A stretch of DNA of 63,862 nucleotides, counting the filler, from Octopus bimaculoides (lineage: Eukaryota), in NCBI RefSeq assembly GCF_001194135.2. It is 8 parts of 8 records of this genome, joined end to end, with 100 filler letters (N's around TTAATTAATTAA, not from the genome) between each part and the next. Parts side by side here need not be neighbours in the genome. Positions count along the whole stretch, not along the records: positions 1 to 28,093 come from NC_068992.1; 7 more parts are not named here. The stretch is one strand, 5' to 3'. The notes beneath the pieces were generated by a model. That model worked only from the letters and a program-made list of their open reading frames with translations, was not told where the DNA came from and made no database searches. This document shows positions 1-14,568 of the stretch, piece by piece. Each line of letters begins with the position of its first letter. Position 1 is the first letter of the stretch. Made by a program: the position numbers and the translations under genes.

Positions 1-340
1 TATATATATATATACACACAACAGGAAAATATATGAAAGAATATGAGAAATGGTGAATAGATACGCACATATATATGTATGTATTTATATTCTGTTTGTC
101 TTTTATTCTTCCCTTAAATTCGATCGCTATTTAAAGCTCGAACATGTATACAAATGTGGGGCGTTTGTACTCGTAAGTACACAATTGCTACGATACCCAA
201 GTATATCCGTGTACATATATATCAACGTTTATATGCAATTTCTTACATGGGTACTTCACTCTCTATTCAACCATCAATTTGTGGGACTATTCGTGTGCAT
301 TTATAACCATGGAAGTGACCACGTAAGCACATCCGAGTAT

Positions 341-468
<128 letters not shown>

Positions 469-890
469 GTGCAGGCGTGGCTGTGTGGTAAGAAGCTTCC
501 TTCCCAACCACATGTTTTCGGGTTCAGTCCTACTGCTTCGCACCTTGGGTAAGTGTCCCCTACTATATCCATGGTCCGACCAAATCCTTGTTAGTAGATT
601 TGGTAGACGGAAACTGAAAGAAGCTTGTCGTATATATATATATATATATATATATTAGTGTGTGTGTGTGTGTGTGTGTGTTTGTGTATTTGTGGTTGTC
701 CTCCTACCATCACTTGAAAACCGATGTTGGTGTGTTTACGTCCCGTGACTTAGCGGCTCGGGAAAAGAGCCCGATAGAATAAGTACTGGACTTACAAAGA
801 ATAATAAGTCCAGGGGTCAATTTGTTCGGCTAAAGGTGGTGCTCTAGCATGGACCTGTCAAATGATTGAAACAAATAAAAGCATAAAAGA
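469..890 (+). mobile_element. tRNA-derived SINE family A (octopus OR1/OK-like), full length, with internal (TA)n(TG)n
   Basis: A-box TGGCTGTGTGG, B-box GGTTCAGTCC, CORE-like CACCTTGGGTAAGTGTC; the same sequence recurs at 40250-40708, 46218, 53250, 60703, 61555 and 62668. Confidence 0.85.
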
Positions 891-3800
891 ATATATATAT
901 ACGTAGTTATCTTGAGTGACATATAACGTCAGTGTATATTTGGGGAATATAATTGTTGGTATATTAGGGGATAAACAACCGTGTGTTGGTCTAAATTTCC
1001 TATAAACTATGTATAACGGGATATTTTAAAAGCACTTTTCACAGCACCGCATAAGCATTTTTCGGGACAGCTTGAGAATGTTTAAAATTTCACTCGGAGT
1101 TTATGGATTGATTTCAGATTTTAAAGAATGAATTGTTTTAAAAGCTTGGATCTTTTTTCTTGTCCGAGTATTTTTAGATATATCCTTCTGCACAGTATTT
1201 TGGAAAAGTGTATGGTGCCTCAATCCCCAGTAGAATAAAATTGTGAGTCAATTTTGTTTGATGGGGCCGATCATGTTCAGGATCGACAGACTAAATCTGT
1301 TATCAGATATAAGACCACCACATGCCTCTCGACTTCGTTTTACAGACTTCAGTCAGTTCCAAGCAGTTGGAATATCTCCCCTATTCAGGTTATTTCCTTC
1401 CTTTTTCACTTACCATATACACAGATCCCGAAAAAGTTCTATAGGTATTGCCATTCCTTCTCTGAATAAATCAGAGATAATGTATCTCGAAAATTTTATC
1501 AATCCTAGATCAATATGTCTGCGCGAGAAATCATTATATTGATACCGTGTTGGTTGCTAATAAGTTTCTTCCTAACATATACAAAGAAAGAGGAGCGGAG
1601 AAATGTGAAACCTCTGCCTAAAAATATTATTCTGTAGCAATCAATTCTCCTGTAATATTAAACCATATCACTCATGTACAATGCAATAACATTATTAAAT
1701 GTTATCTTTGATTTTCTGTGCTTTTATGTTTTTTTTTAATTTTTGTTTTGCTCTAGTGTTCCTGTTATTCATATTAATTTCATAGTGAGCAAAAACTAAT
1801 TACAGCATGTTCTTTAACATTATTGGAACACATTCTCAGCTTTTCATTTCATCTCGCTCACTCTTATCAAAGTTATAATTATTAAACTGACTCTGTATGA
1901 AGATTACTCTAGTATTATCACGCATAATATCTACAAATCATGTTATGGGACCAACAGGAAAAATCACTGCGTCGTCCCACTACCTTATAGCATCAGCAGC
2001 CAAATTTCCTGCACACCACACCCTCAAATCGTAAACAAAAATGAGGTATCTATGGCGTAATATAATCCTATATTTGATTTTTAAAATTACTGTTTGTCAA
2101 TGATGCAATGCTTTTTATCCAAGAACGATTCGATTAGTGCTGAATTAGGTCTAAACAGCAACAACAACAAATAATTCCATTTGCTCATATGAGTTTTTTT
2201 AATCAACTTCTCATCCGCCTTTTTCTATTTATACGCCATATTGAATTTCCTTCTTGATTATTTATGAAGACAGAGAATTGCAAATGAAGGGATATGGACG
2301 TTAGTCAGTTTTATTGACACCAATATCCTAGGATTTTACAGAGAGATATATTTTTACTGATTCAACAGGGGATAAAAGGCAAACTGTCAACTGTAGCAGG
2401 GTTTAACCTTTCGATGTTTAAGTAGAACAGATGATAAATGCAGAACGTTAAACTATCTCCAAATCTGAAATAATAATTAGGTCACAATAAGCGACTAAAA
2501 CATTAGAAAAGTGAATTAAGCAAAGGTACTGGATTACCGTCGATGTAGATTATGAGGATTTAATTTCTCGATGAAGATAATTAACAGAATCTTGAGAGTT
2601 TTCAGAAGCAATGGTGAAAGATTCTATACCATGATACCACGAGGAATACAACAGATCTCTTCATTGCGAAGCAAATTCTGGAACATTTGATTAGACTATG
2701 CAATGGGCATAAGGAAATTAAAGTTATAAAAAATAATAATAATAATAAAGTAGTGACAATTCTGAGCTATTTAACGGATCTAGGTGATTTAATTTTTCTT
2801 TTGTGCGATCATTTTTTATATACATATATACGTACACATACACACACACACATATATATCTATATATGTATGTATGTAAATATATATATGTATATATACA
2901 CGCACATCTACATAAGTAGCACATATATGCATGCATAAACACATAAATATATATGTATATGGGTAACAGTTAGTTGGAAAATACTACATAGTGAACAGGG
3001 AACTCACAACGTGGAGGACAGGAGACAGACTAGAAGTCGGGCAGGTTGTTGGGTGGGAAGTCGGAAAGTGCGGTATGTGGAAGTATAAGTGGGTGTGCAG
3101 ACGCGTTTATATAGTTTTGCGTGCATGTGTATATTGAGGCGAGTGTGCGCTTCTATACACGGGCGCGAATGCGCACGTCCGCACACACATGCGCACACAC
3201 GCTTGGACGGACACGCACGCGCACAGAAGTACACGCATACACACACATGTGTATTCATTCATATGTACATATGTATATTCGTATGCATGTGCGCATGCAT
3301 ACCAATGTGTGCGCACACATGTGCACATGTGCATTCGCATGGTATAAGGATAAGGGTAGCTCTGTATCCTGCGACCCTTGAGAGACAAGATCCTTCTAGA
3401 AGGCACAAGCCTCCAACTGCCAGCACTGCTCCGCGAATGACTGCATATCCTCGAACAAACCGCATTATCCATCAACAAGAAATATGATTTATCGTATTGT
3501 TGCCACCAGAGATATGCCCTTCTGGCAAATCAAACCTCTTACCGATGATAACCCGGATATGCCACCATAGCACCAGCTGCTCCTTTGCACCGCCAGTACC
3601 AAGGTCAGCGTTACCCATATACCAGCATAAAACTACGACACCGTGTGACCTTCCACAACCAATCGTAGCCCACAAAACGGTAATAACAATCAACTTCTAT
3701 CATTCAAATTCAAAATGGCTGACGACTAGCATCACACTTGAAACTCAAGAGGACCAACGAATTTGAATCAAACTGTTTTGATTTAGACATACAACTCCCA

Positions 3801-5289
3801 ATAAATTGATCGAGTTCCCTTCTTTCTCGTTTCCCCTCACTCGTTTACACACAAAGACACATATATATGTATATATTTATCTATGTATGTAATAAATNNN
3901 NNNNNNNNNNNNNNNNNNNNNNNNNNNNNNNNNNNNNNNNNNNNNNNNNNNNNNNNNNNNNNNNNNNNNNNNNNNNNNNNNNNNNNNNNNNNNNNNNNNN
4001 NNNNNNNNNNNNNNNNNNNNNNNNNNNNNNNNNNNNNNNNNNNNNNNNNNNNNNNNNNNNNNNNNNNNNNNNNNNNNNNNNNNNNNNNNNNNNNNNNNNN
4101 NNNNNNNNNNNNNNNNNNNNNNNNNNNNNNNNNNNNNNNNNNNNNNNNNNNNNNNNNNNNNNNNNNNNNNNNNNNNNNNNNNNNNNNNNNNNNNNNNNNA
4201 TACATATTTTCTCGTATATTTTTCAACTTGTATGGCAGTCAATAGCATCATCTGTTTAGTGAATGCGATATTTCTAGTTTATTATCTTTTGTTCACCTGC
4301 TAGAGAGCTTTACGCTGGAGGGGCACAGCCAGGAATAACCTTTCGAAGAAATCTATCATTTTGAAATTTGAATGTAGCTATGGATGTGAAATGCGTTGTA
4401 TATTTTCTTTTATTGTCGATTGAAGCTGGCCTAATTGTGATAAAATCTGTTATGGGAAAGTTTTAAATCATTGTAAATCATCCAATGCTAAGTTGTACGG
4501 AATTTCAGTCTTTCTTTTTATTGTTATTTAAATATTATCAGGGGTATAAGTTTTGTAATATATTTTCCCTACCGTGAAAATTGAGATGCTTTGTCAAGAA
4601 GTACTTCCAAACGGTTTAACCAAGAAACGCTGTCTAAAATATTCATGCTGTTCATTGTCTCATACAGAAAATGTTCTTTGTTTATTTGCAGATTTTAATC
4701 AGCAGATAAGATTATAATTTTATTATACTGAATTTTGAAATTATATTATACTGAACTTTTATTATACTGAACATTGATATAAATTATGGAAAGGATAGGA
4801 ACTTGCAGAGATCTCTAGGGAACGCATTTCTTCTTTATTGCCGATGATTCTACATTCGTCATTATAAAATCTCGTAGTAATCATTTGTAGGTCAAAAGCT
4901 ATATTATCCATTGTAGGAATTGCCCATGGATATCAAAGTTCGATAAATTTCTGAGTAGAAGTGTTCAATCAGCTGCATTAATGTTTTCTGAATCTAAATA
5001 ACAGTTTTATACAAAATTTGATGTATATCATGTATAAAGATAAAGCTGTACGATTCTATGAATTATATCACTCTCAACGTTTTGTTGCTTATATCTGATA
5101 AAACGGTCAAGTTACCTGGACGCATTTCAGTACATAATTTATGTTCTGACTTCAAATTCCTCTGAGACTGACATATTTTTATACCTCTGTGATCTATAAA
5201 GTAAGTACCACTAGTATACTGTATATTTAATTGCTTGTTCCCCAAATATGTGGGCACATAGCTTCACATTTCTCCGTTCCTCTTTCACT

Positions 5290-5352
5290 GGGACTGAACC
5301 AGAAACCATGTGGTTAGGAAGCGAACTTCTTACCACACAACTACCTCTGTGC
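5290..5352 (-). mobile_element. SINE family A head fragment
   Basis: Reverse complement of the tRNA-like head at 469-540. Confidence 0.7.
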
Positions 5353-6625
5353 CTTTTCATTGTAATTGTTTTTTTTTTTTTTTTAGAGACTGCATCAAGT
5401 ACTACTCTAAGAAATGTTTTTCTTTCTTAAAGACATTAAGATTTATATCTTAAAAGACATTCGATACAGGAAATCTGTATCCCTTCGTCTTTTACATATA
5501 GCATGCGAGAATTCTTCCTCTACCATTTGAATGTATTTCTTCGCTTTTTTTTTATTTTGTACAGCGAATGGTAGTAACCTTGTGTACTATCTTTCCTTAT
5601 TATTTGAAATTCTATCCAATATTTTTCTGTTGCACTTTGTGGAAACAATAATGGATTTTAGTGAAATTATGGGTTATTTCCATAAGTCCATACTGTCAAG
5701 AATAATGACACAATAGAATTCCTAACGATCCAGCGTTCTTTTCTAAACTAGTACATTAGATAGAACGATATTTTTACCGTAAAGTAAGGCTGCTTTTAAG
5801 AACATACAGTAGAATGCGTTGTGGTTATTGCTGACTGGAAAAGCGAGCATCGTTTTATATTCTCTGTCCAGATCTTCGAAACACTTTACGAGTAAACTGG
5901 CATCCATTTCACCTAAAAGTCATTCAGTTGATAATATATTGGTAAAAGATATGTTTATTCCCAATTTGAGCCAAATTAGGGTTCACAGTTGAAGGATATG
6001 ATGTGAGTAACATTATTATTGACAAGAACTTGTTTTTACTTCCGTTTTTTTTCCCAAAGTATTGTTGAAAATATCGATACCAAAATGGGATTACTTGTCC
6101 ATTTCGATTATTATGAAGCGGCGATACATTTTGCAATACACTGAAGAATTTGCAGTAATTTTTTTGTTATATGATATTTATTTATTCATTTTATAATTTT
6201 TTTTTGTATTGTGGTGGCTATTGTTTAGCCACAACGTCATCCTTGGCGAGTACATCAATAGTTATAAACATTCCATTTGTGACCTATTTTATAACAGATA
6301 TTGTAGAACGCACATTCTGTGTCCTCATGAATGTGTGTGCGTGTGTGCGTGCGTGCGTGCGTAAAGTCAGTGAGCTGGGCAATTCGTCCGTCTTTAGGTC
6401 TAACATCAAATCCTACAGAGGAGCTTTGTCATTCGAAATCGGTAAACTAAGAACTAGTTGAGCACTGAGGTCGATGTAATTGACTTGCGCCCTCCTCTCA
6501 AAAGAATTTCAGGTCTTGTACCTATGCTAGAGATGATTATATGAGTATATACTTGCGTGTGTGTGTGAGTGAGTTTGTGTACGTGTGCGGTCTATGTGCA
6601 TGCAAGTATTATGCATGCATGCATG

Positions 6626-6661
<36 letters not shown>

Positions 6662-6664
6662 GAT

Positions 6665-7020
6665 CGATCGATCTATGTGATTTGTAGGAGGAAATGCTTA
6701 AGTCGTGCAAACCTGGTCAGCCATCAAAGAAGTCACAGGAATCACTTTTGAATTGTGATACGGCTATTGTTCACAACAGAACCTGTGCAACCTGTGAAAA
6801 TACGTACCGTTCAGTTGGAGGATTAAGAAGACATGTCAAAAGACTTCGTACTGTGACACCAGTTTTTTTTCTGCCAGGCAACACAACTGTGCTTTATGCA
6901 ATAAAGTGTGAAAATCTTTGTCGGGGATCAAGTGTCATATAAGGGCTCCACATTGCATCATCAATGACTCATTTCCATGGTTTTTTTTCTGGTTATGGCT
7001 TTCCTCGTTTACGAGAAAGC
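6665..7020 (+). mobile_element. 3' end of an RTE-like LINE with three degenerate C2H2 fingers
   Basis: YVICRRKCLSRANLVSHQRSH, CATCENTYRSVGGLRRHVKRLR, CALCNKV*KSLSGIKCHIRAPH; 3' CTCGT-TT-ACGAG stem-loop and TATG tail; homologous to 47376-47625. Confidence 0.65.
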
Positions 7021-7147
7021 AGTCACTATGTATGTTATCAATTAGTTTTATTTCTGTATTTCTTGTCAATAGAGAAAGAGCTGGACTCTAACATAGATTC
7101 AAGGCTCCTTCATTGGGATTTTATCAACATTGTCTAGGTATTTGTGC

Positions 7148-7185
<38 letters not shown>

Positions 7186-8940
7186 TTTGGTGTTAGTGTA
7201 TGCGCAGATTTGTATGTTTGTTTTATGGATGCATTTTTATGTATATATTTTCATGTCTAGACGCATGCATATATATATATATATGCGCTAAATTTTTGGT
7301 AAGTTTTGCATATCTTTACAGTTCCATTGATGGTTTGAATCTGTAGTCTTTTAATCAGTCTTTTTCCTTCAAGTTTTGAGAGCCCTAACTTTTCCAGGTT
7401 TTTGTTGAGGCAGTATGTATGTGTGTATGTATGTATGTATGTATGTATGTATGTATGTATGCATGTATTATGTATGTACGTACGTACGTACGTATGAATG
7501 TGTGTTGCGAAACAGATTTAGTTGCTATTTCTCGTTGGACGAACAATATCCTAGAGTCACTCACATTCATTTGACATTATTATTATGAAATGCTGGCGTA
7601 AATTTTGGTTGCGAGATAGCCGTTCCCAATCTGTCTCTGCCTATTTGATTAAAGCGTTTATTTATTTATATTTCCACGGCTCAAAGAGTAATTTAGATTA
7701 ACTTTCATCTGATATGCACAAACAAATATTTTAATGATTACTAAGATTTTATGTTTGTTTTTGTTTTTATGTAAATTAGTTTTCACCTTTTATCTGTTCA
7801 GACTTAGTAATTTTATCTTTTGAATATTCAGTAGAAACTGAGAGCCTTGAGGTAAATTTTATGCTGTTTATTATTTTTTTCATTTTTTTCTTTTGTTTTT
7901 TTCTTTTTTTTTTTCTTTTTGATGATATATGCTGCTGATTTATAACTTGTATTTCATTCCATGTATCGTTGGAAGGGATTTTAGATTTGTTTTAAGTAGG
8001 CTTAGATTTTGCGGACTCCGCCTATTCCATACAAGGGCTGTACCAGTAAGAAACATGTGGTATGTATGTTTTCAAGCGATCTTAATGCCTAATATTACAG
8101 TTTAGTAGAATTTTCGACGGCCATTGCGTTTGTAGTTGTCTTTTGTGTTGTTGCTTTTATTACTGTAGCTGCCGCTGTTGTTGCTGTTGTTGTTGTTGTT
8201 GTTGTTCTTTATTCAAAGAACTTAATGTATTCCTTTCGGACAACGCCGTTACTGGAAGAACTTATTCAGAGTAGTCTTATTTTAAGACAATAATACATTT
8301 TATACGACTGTAATTTCTTGCTGGACGAACGATCAAGCTCCCGAGCGAACTCCATCTACAACCATCGTGTATGTATTTCATTTACAATATACGCTAAAAC
8401 ACATTATTCGTACAATGTGTTGTTTCACAATACAGTTGAATTATATAGTGCTGTTATTTCTAGCACGCCATGCAACTATGTATATTTTCCGTTTTTGCTT
8501 TCCTCATGTATTGGGAGTTTGTTTACAGCTAATGATTTTTCAATATTCATCAATGTCATTAATGTTTTCCAATAGGGATGCTGATAACCTTTTTCAAAAT
8601 GGCAATACGTGACGGGAGATTAAATCCTTCGGAGTTGATTTCAAATGTCCCAGTTAAGACAATAGAATACATCCAACGTTAAAGCTCCAGTTAGGTCGTC
8701 CTCGTGTTACAAAGAGTAGGGAACTACTGCTTAGCCATCTCTATTCCCAAATTTACTCTGCCCAAGACAATAAATAAATACATGTTAAGAACCTCTTTCA
8801 TGGGTTAAATACCAGAAGAGTGACACTGTGGCTAATGTATAGAAGACACGAGGCAAAGCTGGGTCTAGGCGTATCATACTTGCTCTTGGGTGGACCTACC
8901 TTGATGTCGCATGAGCTAGATGCCTGACTAAGGGTTGGAT

Positions 8941-9169
8941 CAATGTTTCTCAACCGCGGTCCACATAAGATTTAGTTGTTAAAAATTGTGCAACAAATCA
9001 GTTATACCCCTACAACACACAAAATGTTCATTTTTGCTTATATAATTCTTAATATTTAATGATAGAAATACAATAGGGTTTCTTTTTAAACAGCGAAAGG
9101 CTATGGGGTTCTACCTGAGTGAAATAAGAATCAAAGGGGATCGTAAGAAAAAATGGTTGAGGCCCACAG
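8941..9169. mobile_element. hAT (Charlie-like) MITE
   Basis: Ends CAATGTTTCTCAACC ... GGTTGAGGCCCACAG resemble hAT TIRs; no TSD recognised. Confidence 0.5.
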
Positions 9170-9840
9170 GTTACACAGTCATTGTAACTTCAAATTAAGC
9201 TCGGGAGAGCTGCGGGCTAGCATAGTAATCTCAGTAAACTGGTGGAAGGGAAAGTGAAACTATTCCTGTATCTCTAGCAACGTCTCATCTCTCTCCCTGT
9301 CTATCTATGTATGTATGTATATAGCAATGTATGTATTATGTATCCGTCTATCTATCTATTTCTCTCTCTCTGACCAATTTAGTCTCCTGATGGCTGGAAA
9401 TATGCAGTTAGCTTCGTATGAAAAAAAAATTACAAAACAAATAGTCGTGAAATACGAATGTTATATAAGCACGTTCGTTGTGATTGTACAGGTCTGTTGT
9501 TCTTAATGGTATTTTTATTTTTATTTATGGGATTCAAGGTGGAGTACACAAATTATTTATGGCTCTGAGATATGTACGGTAAATTACGGCCGGCTTTCAT
9601 GTACGTGCTATTGCCGTCTTGCAGCGGTGAGTATAGAGATATATGTTGCGGATAATTTGTGAGAAAGAAACCCAAATATGTAGATTAGAAAGAAATATAT
9701 TTTTGTTTGGGTTATGCTTCAGTATTTTCTTTCATTTTGTATTTTCTTCTTTTCCCGGCTTCGTTGGTTTTTGTGAATATATAAACTTGCTGGTAGTAAA
9801 TTTGCTCATTATTATGTGAGTGCGAGTATGTAGGCATATG

Positions 9841-10160
<320 letters not shown>

Positions 10161-11289
10161 TTCATGCAAACACATAAGTATCCATATATGTACATTTGCG
10201 TATATATTCCTCATGCAAAACTTTCCAGTACCATTACTTTGAATTATGTGATCAGTGAATTATTGATCCACGAAGCACTATATCTAATAGTCATACTAAC
10301 ATCTTTGCAGCTGTATGTGGACACTTTCACTGAGAATATACAAGACTAAAAGCTATCAGGAATCTTCACCAAACTTCCTAAATATCAGACTAAATGCTCT
10401 TTTCATATCTCCATTTAACTTTTGGTCGATTGATATCTCGAAAAAGCCTCCACTAGTTTTGGCTGAAAATTTTTCTTCTCACTATACCTGTAAATTCAGC
10501 TGAGAAACTATTGGTTTTGACTCACTGTACATGTGGTTGCCTGTATTTAACTGTATACGGTGTATCTCAAGACAATCATAGGAAATTTTCCAATACATTT
10601 ATTTGGATGTGTGTATATATATATATTTTTTCTCTCCCTGTTTATTTCTGTGTTCCTTTCTGTCGATGAGCGCAGGAGAAGAAAGGGAGAGGGGTGGTGG
10701 GGATTTCTGAATTTCCCACAAACGGAGTTTTGCTTCACTTTTTTTTTGTTGTTTTCTTTTCTTTTCCAGGTTATTTTGCATGCTTTCAACGAATGTGACA
10801 TGGAAATCACGCGTAAACGGCTCCTTTTTCCAAAAAAGGAAAGATCTGACTGCTATTCCTTGCATGCCCTGCTACCACGTAGCACCAATTTCGGGTTCTT
10901 TATCGTAAGTAGCTGTTATGTGGTAGCAGGGCGTGCTAGAAGTAGCAGCCAAATCTTTAGAGGTGACATACGTTGAAAGCACTCCAAAAAATTGCGGAAA
11001 AAATCATTTCACACTGAGGTTAGGAACGGGTCTTTTACGAAATATTTACTATATTTTTAAAGTCATTTTCACCTTAAAATAATTTTGAAATAAGCCAAAA
11101 ATGTTGGCAATGATATTCACTGTAAAATATATTTTTTAAAAATTAAAATATTGTCCGTTTAAAGAAAACTAAAATATGAATACTTACTGTAAAAACAGCT
11201 TACAGTTTTAAAATTACATTCACTTAAAAAGTGGTTAAAATATTGTTTAACAAAAGCGAAGATATAAACAGTTGTTGTAATTGTTGGTG

Positions 11290-11480
11290 ATTTTAATTGG
11301 TTTCAGTTTTATTAAAGTTTTCGTTAGTGGAATATGACAATTTTACAGTGTTTGACTATTAGTTTGTAGTACTTGTGTTTGGGGCGGATGTATTTTTGAA
11401 GTTTTTTCTGAAATAATTTGGCTACTGTTGTAGAGACTTGTATGTTAGAGGGTGGATTAAACCAGATGGTTTATTCTTTT
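11290..11480 (-). mobile_element. Penelope-like element fragment (WFNPP-type region between RT and GIY-YIG)
   Basis: Minus-strand translation IWFNPPSNIQVSTTVAKLFQKKLQKYIRPKHKYYKL matches the PLE motif IIWFNPPF..NV.T..GK.F..L..KHF...HK. Confidence 0.6.
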
Positions 11481-12218
11481 TTCTATAGTTACGTATTTTC
11501 ATATTTGTGCGAGGTTTGTTGTTCATATATTGCATTTACAGCCTCGCTATATGGGATTGTAATTTCTTTTCGTTTATTTTAATTTGAAGGAAAGAAGAAA
11601 GTAAGAAAGATATGTTTTTAGAAAGTAAGAAAGATATGCTCAACTGGTACTTATTTTATCGATCTCGGAAGGATAAAAGGCAAAACTGACCTTGGCAGAT
11701 TTTGATTTCAACAGTGCATTACTTTTGTACCCTGGTCCAAAGAACAGTAAAGGTTCGTTATGTTCCTATTGGGGTGTCTCGCCAGTATTCCTTTTTTTTA
11801 AAGGTGAGCATACCTGTTGGTTCTGACATGTGTTTGATGTATACGTCATGGCAGTCCTTCCTGCGGGTAGGACTGTAACTAGCCTTTGCAGTTACGTTGC
11901 TTATTATGTATTTAGTAGCTATCTCATGATCCTGGATTGCGAAGGCATATTCTTTTAGGAGGGAACAAATATCTATCGCAGGTCCCAGAAAAGCTACTCT
12001 TCCTATGAATGCTGTTGCTTCCCTAAGCTTCCGATGTATGTATGTATGTATGTATGTAGGATGGGGTGTATGCGGTTGCTTTCGTTACAGTTCGAAAGGA
12101 ATGTGTAAACTTTTGAGGTTTCTTTCAATAGACTGCTAATATTTCATTGCTGAATTATAAGGACAGCTACTGCAATTCACGTTATATTTCTTGCTTTTAC
12201 TTAAATATTGATGCAAGC

Positions 12219-12222
12219 ATAC

Positions 12223-12288
<66 letters not shown>

Positions 12289-12321
12289 GCGCACACACAC
12301 GTGCATGCTCAGACATATAGG

Positions 12322-12358
<37 letters not shown>

Positions 12359-12426
12359 CTATGTGTATGTGCATACATATATATGAATATATATTTATAT
12401 ATGTGTGTGTTTATATATACATACAT

Positions 12427-12489
<63 letters not shown>

Positions 12490-12614
12490 TGTATACAGAA
12501 ATATAGATATATATATTATATATATGGCCGCAGTCAATTGACTGAAACACGTAAAAGAGTAAAAGAGAATATATATAATACACACACACAAGCACATATA
12601 TGCACACATACATA

Positions 12615-12664
<50 letters not shown>

Positions 12665-12670
12665 AAACAT
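12219..12670. repeat. compound (ACAT)/(TA)/(TG)/(TAGA) microsatellite block
   Basis: Direct tandem repeats. Confidence 0.95.
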
Positions 12671-13769
12671 GCGTGTGTAATTTTTACACAATGCTTTTGA
12701 AACTTATATATACGTTTTCATTCATGTACAACGTGATCAGAGGCAATATGTACATATTCACAGATGGCGACACAGACGAAGAGAAACACCCATACAGACA
12801 CAGAGATTACTTTTCTCTCTCTATATATATACGTATATGCCAATTTTTGTATGAGTGCGTATGTATATGTGAGTGTGTTTAATATATATATATATATGCC
12901 TGTGCGTTTCTGTGTGTATGTATGTATGTATAATATAATGGACAGACGACGAGGAAGAGAGAGACAGCCAGAATGAAGCAAACTCGTTGAAAAGCAAGTC
13001 GAACACTCAGAAAAATAAAATGGTATATATGGAAATCAATATAAGTCTAACCCCGAGCTAAATCTTGGTAACATCATAGTAAAGTGTATGAGTATAAAAG
13101 AAATATTTACACGCTGGTTAGACAATATTTTTAACAAACACTTAATTGATAATTTCATTTAGTTTGATATAATATATTAATGTGAATGACTCTTTCTACA
13201 AAATATGAAAGTAAAGAATCGCATCGCCTAGTGTGTATATATATGTATATAGATATATGTATGTATATACATATATATATATGTGTATATATATATATAT
13301 AAGTATATATATATATGTATGTATGTATGTATGTATATGTGTGTGTGTATGTCTGTATGTGTGTGTTTGTGCTTGTGTGTACCCGCGCGCAACTGTGTAC
13401 GCATTTATAGTTGAACTTATATAACTCAAATATCTACGAAGTGCACTTCAGAAGTTTTCAGACTTTTTTAGGAGAGGCATCTACAAGTGTCCAAGATTAT
13501 TTTATATTTAGTATATCATTATTATATATGTAATAAACTAACCTTCCTAAATTCTATTCCAGATTGAAAGATGAGTTCAAAATACTGTAACAATACTTTG
13601 AACACACTTACTAAATACTGCTTATCAGAACTGACTAGTTTGCGGGAAGCATTCGAGACTTCAAGGCAGTTCTGAAGCTCGATATACAATAAATTTTGTA
13701 CTAAATTGTTTGACAAGAACTACATATACATGTAAAACGTTCTACACTGCTTATGATTAAGTTGTGTGA

Positions 13770-13935
13770 ACAGAGCATGTTATTCGCTGGCACAAGTGTT
13801 TCGAAAAAGGCAGAGAGCACGCGAGAAATGTTGACAGTTGTTGAAAGGAGAAAAACCTCAAAACATCAGAGCCGGTTGAGAAATTTCGCAATTTTCTGGA
13901 TGAAGACCGCCATGCGTCTATATTGAAAATAAGTG
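13770..13935 (+). mobile_element. mariner transposase N-terminal HTH fragment
   Basis: VIRWHKCFEKGREHARNVDSC*KEKNLKTSEPVEKFRNFLDEDRHAS resembles mariner VFRWHKRFKEGRE...VEKVR.LL.EDRR. Confidence 0.55.
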
Positions 13936-13959
13936 TACAATATCATAAAAAGATCAGAT

Positions 13960-14345
13960 CCTATTTGCTATAGATCTTTCCTGCAATTAGGTCTGGACAC
14001 AATGCAGCAATGGGTCACTGACTGGCAATTCAAGCTAGCTGTGAACAAGTGTGACACCATCCACTTTCGGAAAAAAGAAAAAACAACTTTTCCATATTCC
14101 CTCAGCAACACCAATCTTAAGAATTATGTCAGTGACCGTGACACGGGTATTATTGCAAGCAGCGATCTGTTTTGTTAAAAAAAACTACAACACAAATATT
14201 GTCAAGAAGAAGGCTGAGGCTTTCTCAGCATCACTCAGGTAGACATTTGTCAGCCGCTCTCCTGCTATCTATATAAAACTGTGTATGACTATGTTACGTC
14301 TACGTTTAGAGATTGCATCACCAGTCCGGAACACCTAGATGGGAA
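13960..14345 (+). mobile_element. CR1/L2-type LINE RT C-terminal fragment
   Basis: LQLGLDTMQQWVTDWQFKLAVNKCDTIHF...RDTGIIASSDL, then KAEA..SLR*TF.SRS..LEIASPV across frameshifts. Confidence 0.75.
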
Positions 14346-14528
14346 TCAAAACTGTACCTCGATCTACAGACACTATGTCTCTCGTCTGGTTGTACACTTA
14401 GTATACGTATACGTTTTTATCTGTCGTTGTTTATTTACAATGCATTTTTTTCATTTATTAACGGTCCGCAACACAGACCCGACTTTTATTAACAGTAAGT
14501 TTATATGTGTGCGAGTGTCTCTCGCATT

Positions 14529-14568
<40 letters not shown>

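Noticed and set aside
3400-3800. Possible Gypsy gag remnant
   Set aside because: Only faint resemblance to the CWYH..FG..A..C knuckle; not supportable without a search
4250-6140. Coding-like stretches on the minus strand
   Set aside because: Multiple stops and no motif I could assign
8590-8760. Tc1 HTH fragment (GRPRVT)
   Set aside because: A single short motif is insufficient
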